Positions 1-9,801 of a stretch of 64,000 bases of DNA are shown one piece after another. Positions within the stretch are counted from its first letter, which is position 1; every line of letters begins with the position of its first letter. The notes under the pieces are model-generated. The model did no database searches and was not told the DNA's origin. It worked only from the letters and a program-made list of their open reading frames with translations. The position numbers and the translations under genes are program-made. Source of the DNA: Podarcis erhardii (taxonomy: Eukaryota); the NCBI GenBank assembly GCA_964252035.1, contig OZ176207.1; one strand, 5' to 3'.

Positions 1-162
1 CCCCGCATACAATGCATTGCAGTAGATAAATGGGTTGTGCATGGGTAAATGTAGCCTGGCTCTCTCTGTTCAGAGACTTTGAAGAGACTTAAATTTGACA
101 ATTTTTTAATAGATTGGGCCATGCAACTGAATTTTGGACTTGTGAAATTAATTTTAAGCTTC
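1..162 (-). other. DTNA: Probable start of a non-coding terminal (3'UTR) exon of DTNA; continues beyond the window start
   Basis: Strong acceptor cacacttttctctgtttcag|GAAGC at 163-164, ~1.5 kb beyond the orphan donor at 1693; inferred from splice signals only. Confidence 0.5.
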
Positions 163-893
163 CTGAAACAGAGAAAAGTGTGTATTTGTTTTACATTATA
201 AGCCACAAAGTGATGTCAAGCAAACCTTTTGGAATAATCTTATGTTGCTATTGGTACAATAATTTTTAAAAGAATGTTAGAATTTATCCTTCAGTATAAA
301 AGGTGCCTGGTGTAATGCAGGATAAAGTACAGTATAAAAACACAACCTTGCAGGTTATTTTTTTTAAAACAAATTCTGCCATAAGCAATCACTAACTGTA
401 TCTTTGCCACCTAAAATCTTGTAACACTATTTACATAATGTTTGCAAATGTATAGCAAGCTGTTGCTGGCATATGATGGATAACACATTTTAACAAATCA
501 TAGTAGTGGCCAGTTTGATTGAATCCAGATGGCACATTTCTAAACTGAAACCAGTTGAATCTAAATACGAACAATGGTATTGGGCTGGGTTCCATATCAT
601 TCATCTTGTTACTTAGGGACAGTACATTTGATATCCTGGGATGACAGTTTTACCTTAACAATATGATACACTCCTCCTCAGGTTGGTAACTTTACCAGTA
701 CTGCTTAACAAGCATAGGTTGTGACTTGGCACTTATAATGTACAGGTAGAGTAAAAGCATGGAGGTGTACAAGAACATATTGAGCTGTACACATTGCTCA
801 AGTTCTGCTGCGGAAATGCTAGTTTCTATAGAAACTATCATTTCTATAATTTCTGTAATATGCATAACTACCACGTGGAAATAGTCAGTATGT

Positions 894-1118
894 GGGAGAG
901 CCAGTGTGCTGCAATGAACAGAATGTTGGTTTAGGACTTGCAAGATCCAGCTTCAAGTTGCCACTCAGCCATTAAGCTCATTGGGTGGCCTTGCACCAGT
1001 CCCCAACTCTCAGCCTAACGTATCTCACAAGGGTCTTTTTGAAGGGAAAGGAGGGGGGGGGTGTACTGTGCATAACACCTTCAGCTCTTTGAAGGACAGG
1101 TGGGCTAGAAATACAATA
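894..1118 (+). mobile_element. Degenerate MIR-like (CORE) tRNA-SINE
   Basis: gggagagccagtgtg head, CORE-like ctcagccattaagctcattgggtggccttgc...tctcagcctaac, A-rich tail. Confidence 0.7.
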
Positions 1119-1718
1119 CATTAAAAGCACCTTTGAAAGCAGCAAATTAAAACCTGCAAATTAGAGAATTATAACTGGGGATAATTCTGAGTGACGGCTT
1201 GAATTGACTAGTTAATGCATGTAGCAACCTGCAAGGTTGCGCATGTGTTTTAGATGGTACTTAAATTTAAAAGTGCCAGCTTTCAGATGAAATCATTCCA
1301 CTAGACTAGGTGTTCCTAAACTATGGTCTGTGGGTCATCTTCATTTAGATGCTGATATTAAATATCCATATTGATTTTTAATTGCATTTTAATTGCCTTT
1401 TTTCTTTCTTATATTCTATGGAATGCAAACTGTAATGCAATGCAATACAATACAAGAAAGAAAAGAAATACTAAAAATACTATTAACATTCATATAACAT
1501 CTAACACAGCTGTTACACACTAGTCTCTGTGCCCAATTCTAGGTAGCGGAAAGGAGAGGAGGGAAGAGAAGGATGTCTGAATTTGGCAACAGTCCACTTT
1601 GGGCTTGAACAGTTCTCTCCTTCACACACAACCAGTTCATCCTGCCTGTAAAACCACCTGCTGACCAGAGATCTAGACTAACAGAATACTTACTTGAGAG
1701 GAGAGTGATACTAGTTAC

Positions 1719-1736
1719 TCATCCTTGCAAGCTGAC
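1719..1736 (-). CDS. DTNA: DTNA last coding segment VSLQG* (exon probably 1694-1736)
   Basis: ctttttattcatag|GTC AGC TTG CAA GGA TGA, matching the alpha-DB1 C-terminus; a CAA|gtaagt donor follows 25 nt after the stop. Confidence 0.92.
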   Translation of the reverse strand, partial: VSLQG

Positions 1737-3061
1737 CTATGAATAAAAAGAGAGTGAAAACTGAAGATGTGAGCAGCCAAACCAGCGTAGCATTCTGGAG
1801 ACAGCAGTGGACAAGAAAGGTGAGCGAGTGTTCAAGAGCAGTAACACTACACATTTATAAGGAAGGAGGTTTGCATGCCAGGTGATCCTGTAAGAAGGCT
1901 GCTGTTCTTCTGAATACAAAGGTCATTTACTACAAGCACCAGAGCAGAGAGGAAAGGAATACTCTCTTCTAATTCTTGTGCCTAGACCTTCTATAGTTCA
2001 GTGCCTTGTAGTATAAAAGGAATGTGATTTCTTTGACAGGCAAGATTCATGTAAGTTCAAACCAGTCAACTGTTCATTTATAAAGTAATTTTCTATGCAC
2101 ATATACAGTGGCGAATGTAAATTTTGGGGGCCCTGAAGCTAGAAGCAGCATTGAGGTCTAGGTAACTATTGTTATCTTCTTCAATGGGGTTGTTTCACAA
2201 CAGATCATCATACCTTTACAACATCCATGCTACTGACCCTCAAACTTTGGGATTGTTGAAACATGTACAACCAAAAATTTATCAAATTGAGTCTACTAGA
2301 TTTTTAAACAATGCAGACTAAAGTTTCTTCTGGGGTCCCTCTGGGATTAGGGGCCCTGAATATTAAGCTTCATTGGTTTCATAGCAGATCCGCCCTGGCA
2401 CATGTGCCTGGAACACTATCTTCAAGGAATCTAACTAGGCCAAGGACTCCAGCCTATGATACAATCCTTTCCTTGATTGATGCCTGGTGGGTAACAAGAG
2501 GATTTCTATGAACTATCTTATGCCAGGAGTCAGGGCAAGGATGGGTTGCTTTCACTGTAATCCCTGGGATATGGCACCAGCTGCACAGGAAGAAGCAGCG
2601 TGGTCTGTTCCTGACAATGTGCTCGTAATGTGACGCTATCACAGTTTTTGTGCTATCATTCCATGGCGATTGCTTTATGTGATGCATAGTTACAGCCATG
2701 TTGGGAGCGATGTTATAATTAGTAGGTAGCAACAGAGTTGCTAGGGGAAAATAGGAAACATAAGAAGCAGCCTTACACAGAGTCAGGCCATTGGTCCATT
2801 GAGATCAATATTATCATTGTACTGACTGGAAGCAGCAGCTCTTCAGGGTTTCAGGCAGGAGTCTTTCCTAGCCTGACCTGGATATGCCAGGGACTGTCTG
2901 CAAGCAAACCAAGTGCTTTACCACTGGTAACTTCCCAGTGGGGGAGTAGCCATGGTGACAGTGCCTCTTTCATACTGCTATGGCTGCATTTTTTTACAGT
3001 GCTGGGAGGGGCACAGGATTCCAGCTAGCTCCGCTTTGGCATAGTGGCAATCATTTTACAG

Positions 3062-3208
3062 GTTGGATCGGTCAGTTGGTTAGAACATAATGCCAACAAC
3101 GCCAAGGTGGCAGGTTTGATTCCCTTAAAGGACAGCTGCATATTCCAGCAGTGCAAGGGGTAGGCCAAGGTGGTCCTCAGGGTCCCTTCCAACTCTATGA
3201 TTCTATGA
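3062..3208 (+). mobile_element. tRNA-derived SINE with CR1-type 3' tail
   Basis: A/B-box-like head (gtcagttggttaga...ggtttgattcc), ends agggtcccttccaactctatgattctatga (CR1 ATTCTRTG-type tail). Confidence 0.75.
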
Positions 3209-3971
3209 GATATCTTCTATGAGAAGTGATATGCAAGGAATATACATCTGCTACTTAGATGTTTTGGTAACTTGAACATATATTTACATAGACCACAGGA
3301 CTTGACTACCTGTCTGCTGTTCCTTTTTTCATTTGTTTGTTTGTATGTATGTATGCACGAGGACTCTTGAGATTCACTTTTATGATAAGAGCCCCTTAAT
3401 GCAGTAGGGCCACAGCCTAACTTTCTTTGAATGAAATAACACATAGAGCTGGTTTCCATATGCATATCATCACTTCGTTTCTCATTACTTCATTACTCAA
3501 AACTTGATTGCGTTGCTTTGTTGAGCACATTCTTTGAGCTGGCGATGGATAACATGGAAGGTCAACCTTCAGAGATTAAATCAGTGATGGCTCATTTACA
3601 CATGCAAATCTTCACTCTATTCTCCAGCTAATAAGTGCCAAACATGCACACGTGAGCCAAGCATCACTCTATTGCAAATCAGTAAAAACAGTTGGCAAAG
3701 CACATTGTTGACAGAGAATGCTATTAGCATTTGTGATGCATCAACTAACAGCCTGTTGAGGTTAATGTCAGCCTTGTTCAGTTCAATACCTACAGCACTT
3801 CCTGATTACTCACACATAGAAACATGAATGAATATAATACTAGTTGGAATCTGACGCCTCAGCTCTACAGAGAACACATTTGAGATCCAACCAAAACAGA
3901 ATCCAGCACAGTGTCATTTGTGGATTCTAATTTTACCTAGATACTTTGCTGAGCTCTCTTTTTATTTTTAC

Positions 3972-4104
3972 CTGATAAGCTTCATCCTGCAGCTTTTGTT
4001 TCAAATATTCCTCCATCTTGAGCTCATGCTCTAGCTGGCGAACAGAGTCATTTTCATAGTTCTCATCATCTGCTCTAACGTAAGGGTCTCCATCTTCTGT
4101 AACC
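3972..4104 (-). CDS. DTNA: DTNA coding exon (~exon 21, tyrosine-phosphorylated tail); 133 nt, phase 2 to 0
   Basis: VTEDGDPYVRADDENYENDSVRQLEHELKMEEYLKQKLQDEAYQ; acceptor ttgtctttag|G, donor CAG|gtaaaa. Confidence 0.96.
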
Positions 4105-5479
4105 CTAAAGACAATTATTAATAAATAGCTTCCTAATTTTTTTAAAATGCTAACATTCAGAAGACTCATTGTGTTTTCTTCATGAACTCTGAAAGGCAAG
4201 GCCTGTTTTGTGTATTTCTTAAAAACTCCATATACTGTATATTCTTTCAAAACAGAGGACTTATTTGTTTACACATTCACATTTCATCTTTCAAATGGAT
4301 CTGTTCATTCACAGAGAGATTCCTACTTGCAGTGCCTTTGGGGATAATTACTGTATGCTAGACCCTGACTACTGTTCTGAAATGAAAAATGAATTCCTAG
4401 ACTGTACCATGTCAGCCTAAAATTTGGAGGCTGCATTTGCTTCCTCACATAATAATAAATAAATACTATCTGTGTGTTGTAAACTAGAAATATGATAGAT
4501 TTCTACTGGCAGGGAGTCTTCTCTCTCTCGCTTTGAAGAGACAACAACATATGAGAATTACAATATGACCCTCAACACCTGCAGTCTGAAATGGTATAAT
4601 CTAGGAAGGAGATAACATAGCCATCTATGTCAGAACTGTGTTTATGATTCTGGTCTGGGTAGGAATTCACAGCCGAGAACACAGGAAGTACCCTGGGGGA
4701 AAAGATAAGCACTGCTTTCTCTAAAGCACACTCACTAGCCCAGTTAGCACATAACATTAAGCCAAACTGTGGCTAAGCATGAATGAGCAACCGTTCAGGT
4801 ACTCAGAGCTAAGATCATGGGTGCTTTATTCTTTCCACAAAATTTCTCAGCTGCATGCCACCAACTGAGTTGTCGAAAGAAACCCACTGCTTCTGTGCTA
4901 CCCAAAGCAAAGTCAGAGTTTGGCTTAGCAGTATGTATTAACCCAGGCTTGCAGTTTGTCTCCCCCAAACAAACAATGAGCAGTAAACCAAGAACATGCT
5001 TGATTAAACATGCTTAGGATTCTTTTGCACAGTGTTAGTTGATTTAACAGTGCAATCCTATGTATGTTTACTTGGAGGTAAGTCCCACTTTGTCAGTAAA
5101 GCTTACTCCCTAGTAACCACACTTAGAATTGCAGCTTAAACTTCTGATTAATTGAATTAAAACATGCATATTTAAAGAAATCACAAACAATTCTTTAATC
5201 AGGAGATCTCCTACTTTCCTTTTTTTATTTATTTCAGCAACTGAAATACCACTTAACACCATAGTTTTTAAGCTGTGCACAATGCGATTACAAAAAAGAT
5301 ACAAAGATAAAATCAGTTAAAACTAAACATAAAGTAAAAAAGGCTAACTTAAGATGCCTGCTAAAGTTTTTAAAAAGTCTTCACCATGTACCTGAATAGA
5401 GGATATAAGGCATAGGCATGTATTGGTATGTATTTTTCCTACATTTGTGACTCATCAGTATGTCTTTAATGCTTTGGCA

Positions 5480-5990
5480 TAACTGATATGCAGAATTTCT
5501 CTCTGAATCTGAGACGAAGCAAAATTCTGCAAATGTCATATTCTACATTGCGAAAGACTGTTTTGTAAATGGGAGGTAAGGCAACATTGGAAATTCTGTA
5601 TACAGAAATTAGGTTTAGTTTGTCTTGGTAGGGACTGACTTTCCCCCTGCAGCTAGAATGGCTTTGTCCTACTGCAAATCCACCTGCTTAAATGGTGTAT
5701 GTATAAAGATCGAAACTGAGCAAAAAAATGCAGAACACTTGACACTTGATTCAGGTAGGTAGCCGTGCTGGTCTGACACAGTCGAAATAAATAAAAAACC
5801 AAAACACTTGAGGAAGAGTGTAAATAAGAGATTCATTTGGGATAATTTATTAGAAGCCAAATTCCAGTCATGGCTTTTAATTAAGGTCTAACATACGTAA
5901 ATAGAAGGCAGAGCAGAGGAAGGGGCCATGTATTACAGGGACCCTGCTGGGGGTGCAACCTGTTTCTGTGTCCTCTATACATACAGACTG
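5480..5990. repeat. Unclassified ~500-bp interspersed repeat, copy 1 (paralog at ~23195-23700)
   Basis: Colinear diverged similarity by eye, e.g. ctgcttaaatggtg(t/c)atgtataaa, aacacttgaggaagagtg, gcaacc..t.tctgtgtcct.tatac.tacaga. Confidence 0.8.
5743..5802. mobile_element. Short Penelope-like element end fragment inserted into the repeat above
   Basis: caggtaggtagccgtgctggtctg...gtcgaaataaataaaaaa resembles recalled squamate Penelope termini; flanked by the 9-bp direct repeat aacacttga (5734-5742, 5803-5811). Confidence 0.6.
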
Positions 5991-5992
5991 AA

Positions 5993-6065
5993 GGGATAGC
6001 TCAGTTGGTAGAGCATGAGACTTTTAATCTCAGGGTCATGGGTTTGAGCAAGACTAGGGGCAAAG
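5993..6065 (+). mobile_element. tRNA-Lys-derived SINE head / tRNA pseudogene fragment
   Basis: gggatagctcagttggtagagcatgagacttttaatctcagggtcatgggtttgag follows tRNA-Lys D-arm, anticodon arm and T-arm, but the acceptor stem and 3' end are missing. Confidence 0.75.
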
Positions 6066-6800
6066 TGGACATGATTTCTACTCTTAAGTACCTGCTCATT
6101 CATGCTTATCCATGGTTTGGCTCAGCATTACATGTGAACCAGGTCACAGTGCGTGCAGAATGTCAGCAGTGTGGACTGTGCAACTGCTGTTTTTGTCTAC
6201 TCTGTGAACCAATAAGGGCCAGCAGTTTGTAAGGATTAGGAGTAACAAAATAAAATTTCAAGAGCAGTTTTTGTTATGTGGAATGGGAAGAGGAGGCTAA
6301 TTTCTGAGCCATTTCCCCTGTTCCCTTAAAAGCCCGTGACTCAGGCTATCACCTCACCAAGAAGCTAGCCTGGATACCTCAGGAATTAGAAGGGGGCCCA
6401 GGTCTACAGCCTACCACCCCACAAACATATACTGTAACAATATCCACTGGAAACATTATTTTCCTCTAGCTGGAGGTCAGCAATTGCTAAATTCATCTCC
6501 TAGTAAAGGGCTCTGCCCTGAAAACAAACAGTTTCTACATTTATTTGCTTTAGTGCTGAATTTCCAAGTTAAAATCACCGCATAATTGTTTTTCTTTTGA
6601 AGGCTGTGAGATTCATAAAATGGATTTAAACACAATAGCCCTCATTGCTATTCTTGGCCTAATATTTGGTTAAGAGAGCAACTCCATATTACATGTACAT
6701 ACCACATTTGCTTAGCTTCAGAGATGGTTTATTGAAGACAATATGGAATATATATTATTTAATAAGGAAAGAGAGATAAAGAGCACAAGGAGTTACCCAC

Positions 6801-6969
6801 ATATCACTGCGGATGGTGCCAGAGGCAGCTGCACTGTGAAGGTATCCTGGCTTCCGGGCATGAATCTGCGCAAGGAAAGCCTTTTCAGAAGTTGGCGATG
6901 GAACAAGGTCATCAAAATGAGTCCGACCAAACTCAGAATCCACATTACTCTCTGTCTCACTTCCAACTT
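6801..6969 (-). CDS. DTNA: DTNA coding exon (~exon 20); 169 nt, phase 1 to 2
   Basis: (E)VGSETESNVDSEFGRTHFDDLVPSPTSEKAFLAQIHARKPGYLHSAAASGTIRSD(M); acceptor cttcccacag|AA, donor AT|gtgggt (required for frame with the next exon). Confidence 0.94.
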
Positions 6970-7615
6970 CTGTGGGAAGAAAGGCACCAATGGTACTATG
7001 GTTACATGAACTCTAGGAAGTTTCTCTCAAGTTTCTAGCACAGACTGACTTTACACCACCATCCTAAATGGCTATAAACACACCAGTTGCATAGAGTTAG
7101 TTTGCTTACTTTACTCATGTAGTGCTGATACTCATGCACAGAGATCATTTATTGTGTAGCAGGTTTGATTATTTAGTGCACCTTGACACAGGGATTAGGC
7201 CAATCCCCATGCTGATTCCCTTTAACCAATGAAGGGGTCAGCATGGGTACCACAGTGCCACAGCTCTAACAATGGGTTGCTGCCAAACCTTCTTATGCAA
7301 AACACTGCAGAGTTTGGGCTCTCTTTTGTTACCCATGTAGCATTAAACTATGCAACTCTGCTTCAAGAGTAAAAAAATGATTTTGTGTGTGAGCGAGTGA
7401 GTGGGAGAGAGAAAGAAACTCTTAGCGTTGCACTCTAGTTACCTTGGATGGGGGCGACTGTCTTCAACAGAATTTGCCACACCTTTCTCCTTACATATTA
7501 AAAACATCTTCTACATAACATACTGTACATCTCTTTTTGTAGTCTATAAACATTATGGTTTTTTAAAAAGAGTGTTGAATGGTTAAATATTAATTCTGCT
7601 TTTAAATAATCAGAC

Positions 7616-7705
7616 CTGAGTTCAGTTCTTTCACCAGAGAAGACATAGTGTTGGTGATTGAATCTGCTGCTACCAGCAAGTCATTCCTTAAATTTCTTCT
7701 TGAAC
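7616..7705 (-). CDS. DTNA: DTNA coding exon (~exon 19); 90 nt, phase 1 to 1
   Basis: Not in ORF track; (G)[29 protein letters not shown]; acceptor ctcttcacag|GT, donor G|gtctga. Confidence 0.95.
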
Positions 7706-8594
7706 CTGTGAAGAGAAGCAAAGCTTTATGTTCAGAGGTCTCCTTACCCCCTGTAAGCTTAACAACCTAGAGAGTGTAATTAAACTACAGTGCAGTAAAT
7801 GAAAAACACATTTTAGATCTATATCCATGTAGCTTTTATGTGGACGTGGTTTCCCCTTTCCTACACCACACAGCAACCACTGCTAGTGTTTCATCTAATG
7901 CTGGTGCCACCAATCTAGAATAAAATATAGACCAGGATCCAAAGGAATGGGATATCCAGCCTGCTTTCCATGTCACAATCAACTTTGGAAACTCAGAGGA
8001 CATTCCAAAGCAAGGTTTGCTATGGTGTTGTGATCAGCCAGCGAAAACAAAAACCTCAGAGTTCATGATGCCTGCCCAAGCCCTCAAAAACCCAGCTTCA
8101 CTAAACCCATGTTGGCCACTGGTAGAACCAGGGTAGGGGATGTCTGGCCCCACAAATATTGTTGAGCTCAAGCTTCCATCATCTCCTGCCAGCATGGCCA
8201 ACAGTCAGGGATAATGCAGTCCCAACATCATCTGAAGGGACACAGGTTCCCCATCCCTTCCGATATAACTTTTTAATGAGCTAGTTCCATGCTGAACACA
8301 ACAAAAACAGTGCTACTGGAAGGAATTTGTTTTGTTTTGACAACAAAAACAAACAAATAAAAAACCAACCCCATTTTCCACTGAGTTAAAAACAGCAACC
8401 TGGCTTTTAATCCTTCCCATGCTTATTCTTTATTTGCTACGAATCTTCATTGCTTAAGAACCAAATACAAAATTCATATATTTTGCCTTTTCTAACACAG
8501 TTTCCCAGTTTCTTACCCGCTTCCTCCTCCATTGCAAGCTTATACTTTCAGCAACTGTTTACTGCTCCAGCCCACATGCACTATCCACAAAGAC

Positions 8595-9020
8595 TGAGGA
8601 GGGGGATCTTCTTCAGCCCAAAGCTTACATTCCCCTGTGGGCAATCTTCCAGAGACTGCATGCTGGACTGGTGATCAGGGCCAGAAGCAAAAAGCAGGCT
8701 GAGCAGTGGAGGGACTTTTAACCCTTTTTTACACCCTTTCATTGTGGTTATATTCCAGTGGAGGCTATGCTCCAGCCACACAATTCAGAATTATCCATAC
8801 ATATACCCCCATGGTCTTCCCATCTTCTATCCAGGCAAGCAAGAGGCATTAGAACCCAAGGACAACACACATTCAGACAAGAGCACAGAGCACAGTCCAG
8901 TCTATGAGAGATGCAGCCTGGGAGGCTGTGTGGCCTGCAGAGAGTCCTGAGGTCCAAATACACAGCCCTGGAGGACTGCATTTGGTCCCCGGGCTCTGTA
9001 TTTCGTCCTCGCCTCTGCAC
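8595..9020. mobile_element. Old hAT-like non-autonomous element (related copy at ~49135-49406)
   Basis: Shared blocks ttcagcccaa...cattcc...gcaa, ggagcaaaa, and gaggctgtgtggcc..gagagtcctgagg; degraded termini. Confidence 0.5.
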
Positions 9021-9641
9021 TAAAGCAATACAGGGGAATTGGTGCTCCTAACTAAAGAATCACTTTTGTTATAGGGACTTGGAGGCCAATGAAGAGGACT
9101 CGGAGGAGTCAAGCAGCTGGCATGAGAAATTATCATGCAACAATGTGGCACATTATGAAGAAGTATAATTGCTATGGCCAGAGAATACAATGAATCTTTA
9201 TGTACACTTGATTAATAGAGGATGTTGTGTCTGTTGCAGATAATCTGGCTTGTTTAGTTAGTTAGGCCAAATCTTTTCCTCATGCTTTTCATTATGGTGA
9301 AACAATACTAACTTTTTACAATTGTTTTATGCCATTAGGAATCCTCTCACTGATACCACTTGTTCTAAACACAAGCTTTTAATTAGCCTAAATCGGGGTG
9401 CCTTCCAGATGTTGTTGGAGTACAGCTCTCGTCAACCCCAACCATTGGCCATGCTTCCGGGGCTGATCTGGACGCATCAGTTGGCTATGCCCACCTTAAA
9501 TGATAAAAAACTCATTTGTAGATGACATGGCATATGTACGATAAGGGAAGAAGTCATTGAGTTGCAGGGCATTTCCCCCACCCCTGCTGACTATTCCTAA
9601 GCACAACCACTTTGTAGCAAATGATGCTCTGCACAACTTAC

Positions 9642-9801
9642 CTTGCGCAAAGGCTTCCTGCACATCTCCTCCCACGCCTGTCAGAGAGTCCTGAGGTGTG
9701 TGGGCTGGAGTCGAGCAGGCAGACGCAGATCTGATGGGCATAGGAATAGGCCGGCTGATAGTGTGGCTGGGAGAAGAGCGTGGGGAGCCTGCCCCTTGGG
9801 T
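9642..9801 (-). CDS. DTNA: DTNA coding exon (~exon 18, alpha-DB1 tail); 160 nt, phase 0 to 1
   Basis: [53 protein letters not shown]; acceptor ttttattccag|ACC, donor G|gtaagt. Confidence 0.97.

Noticed and set aside
3933-3971. Read-through of the exon-21 donor (VKIKRELSKVSR*) with AATAAA at 3961-3966
   Set aside because: The signal is upstream of the stop, so cleavage would fall at or before it; it is likely just an A-rich intron start
5993-6065. Possible functional tRNA-Lys gene
   Set aside because: Acceptor stem cannot pair and the T-arm is degenerate; it matches the head of the local SINE family
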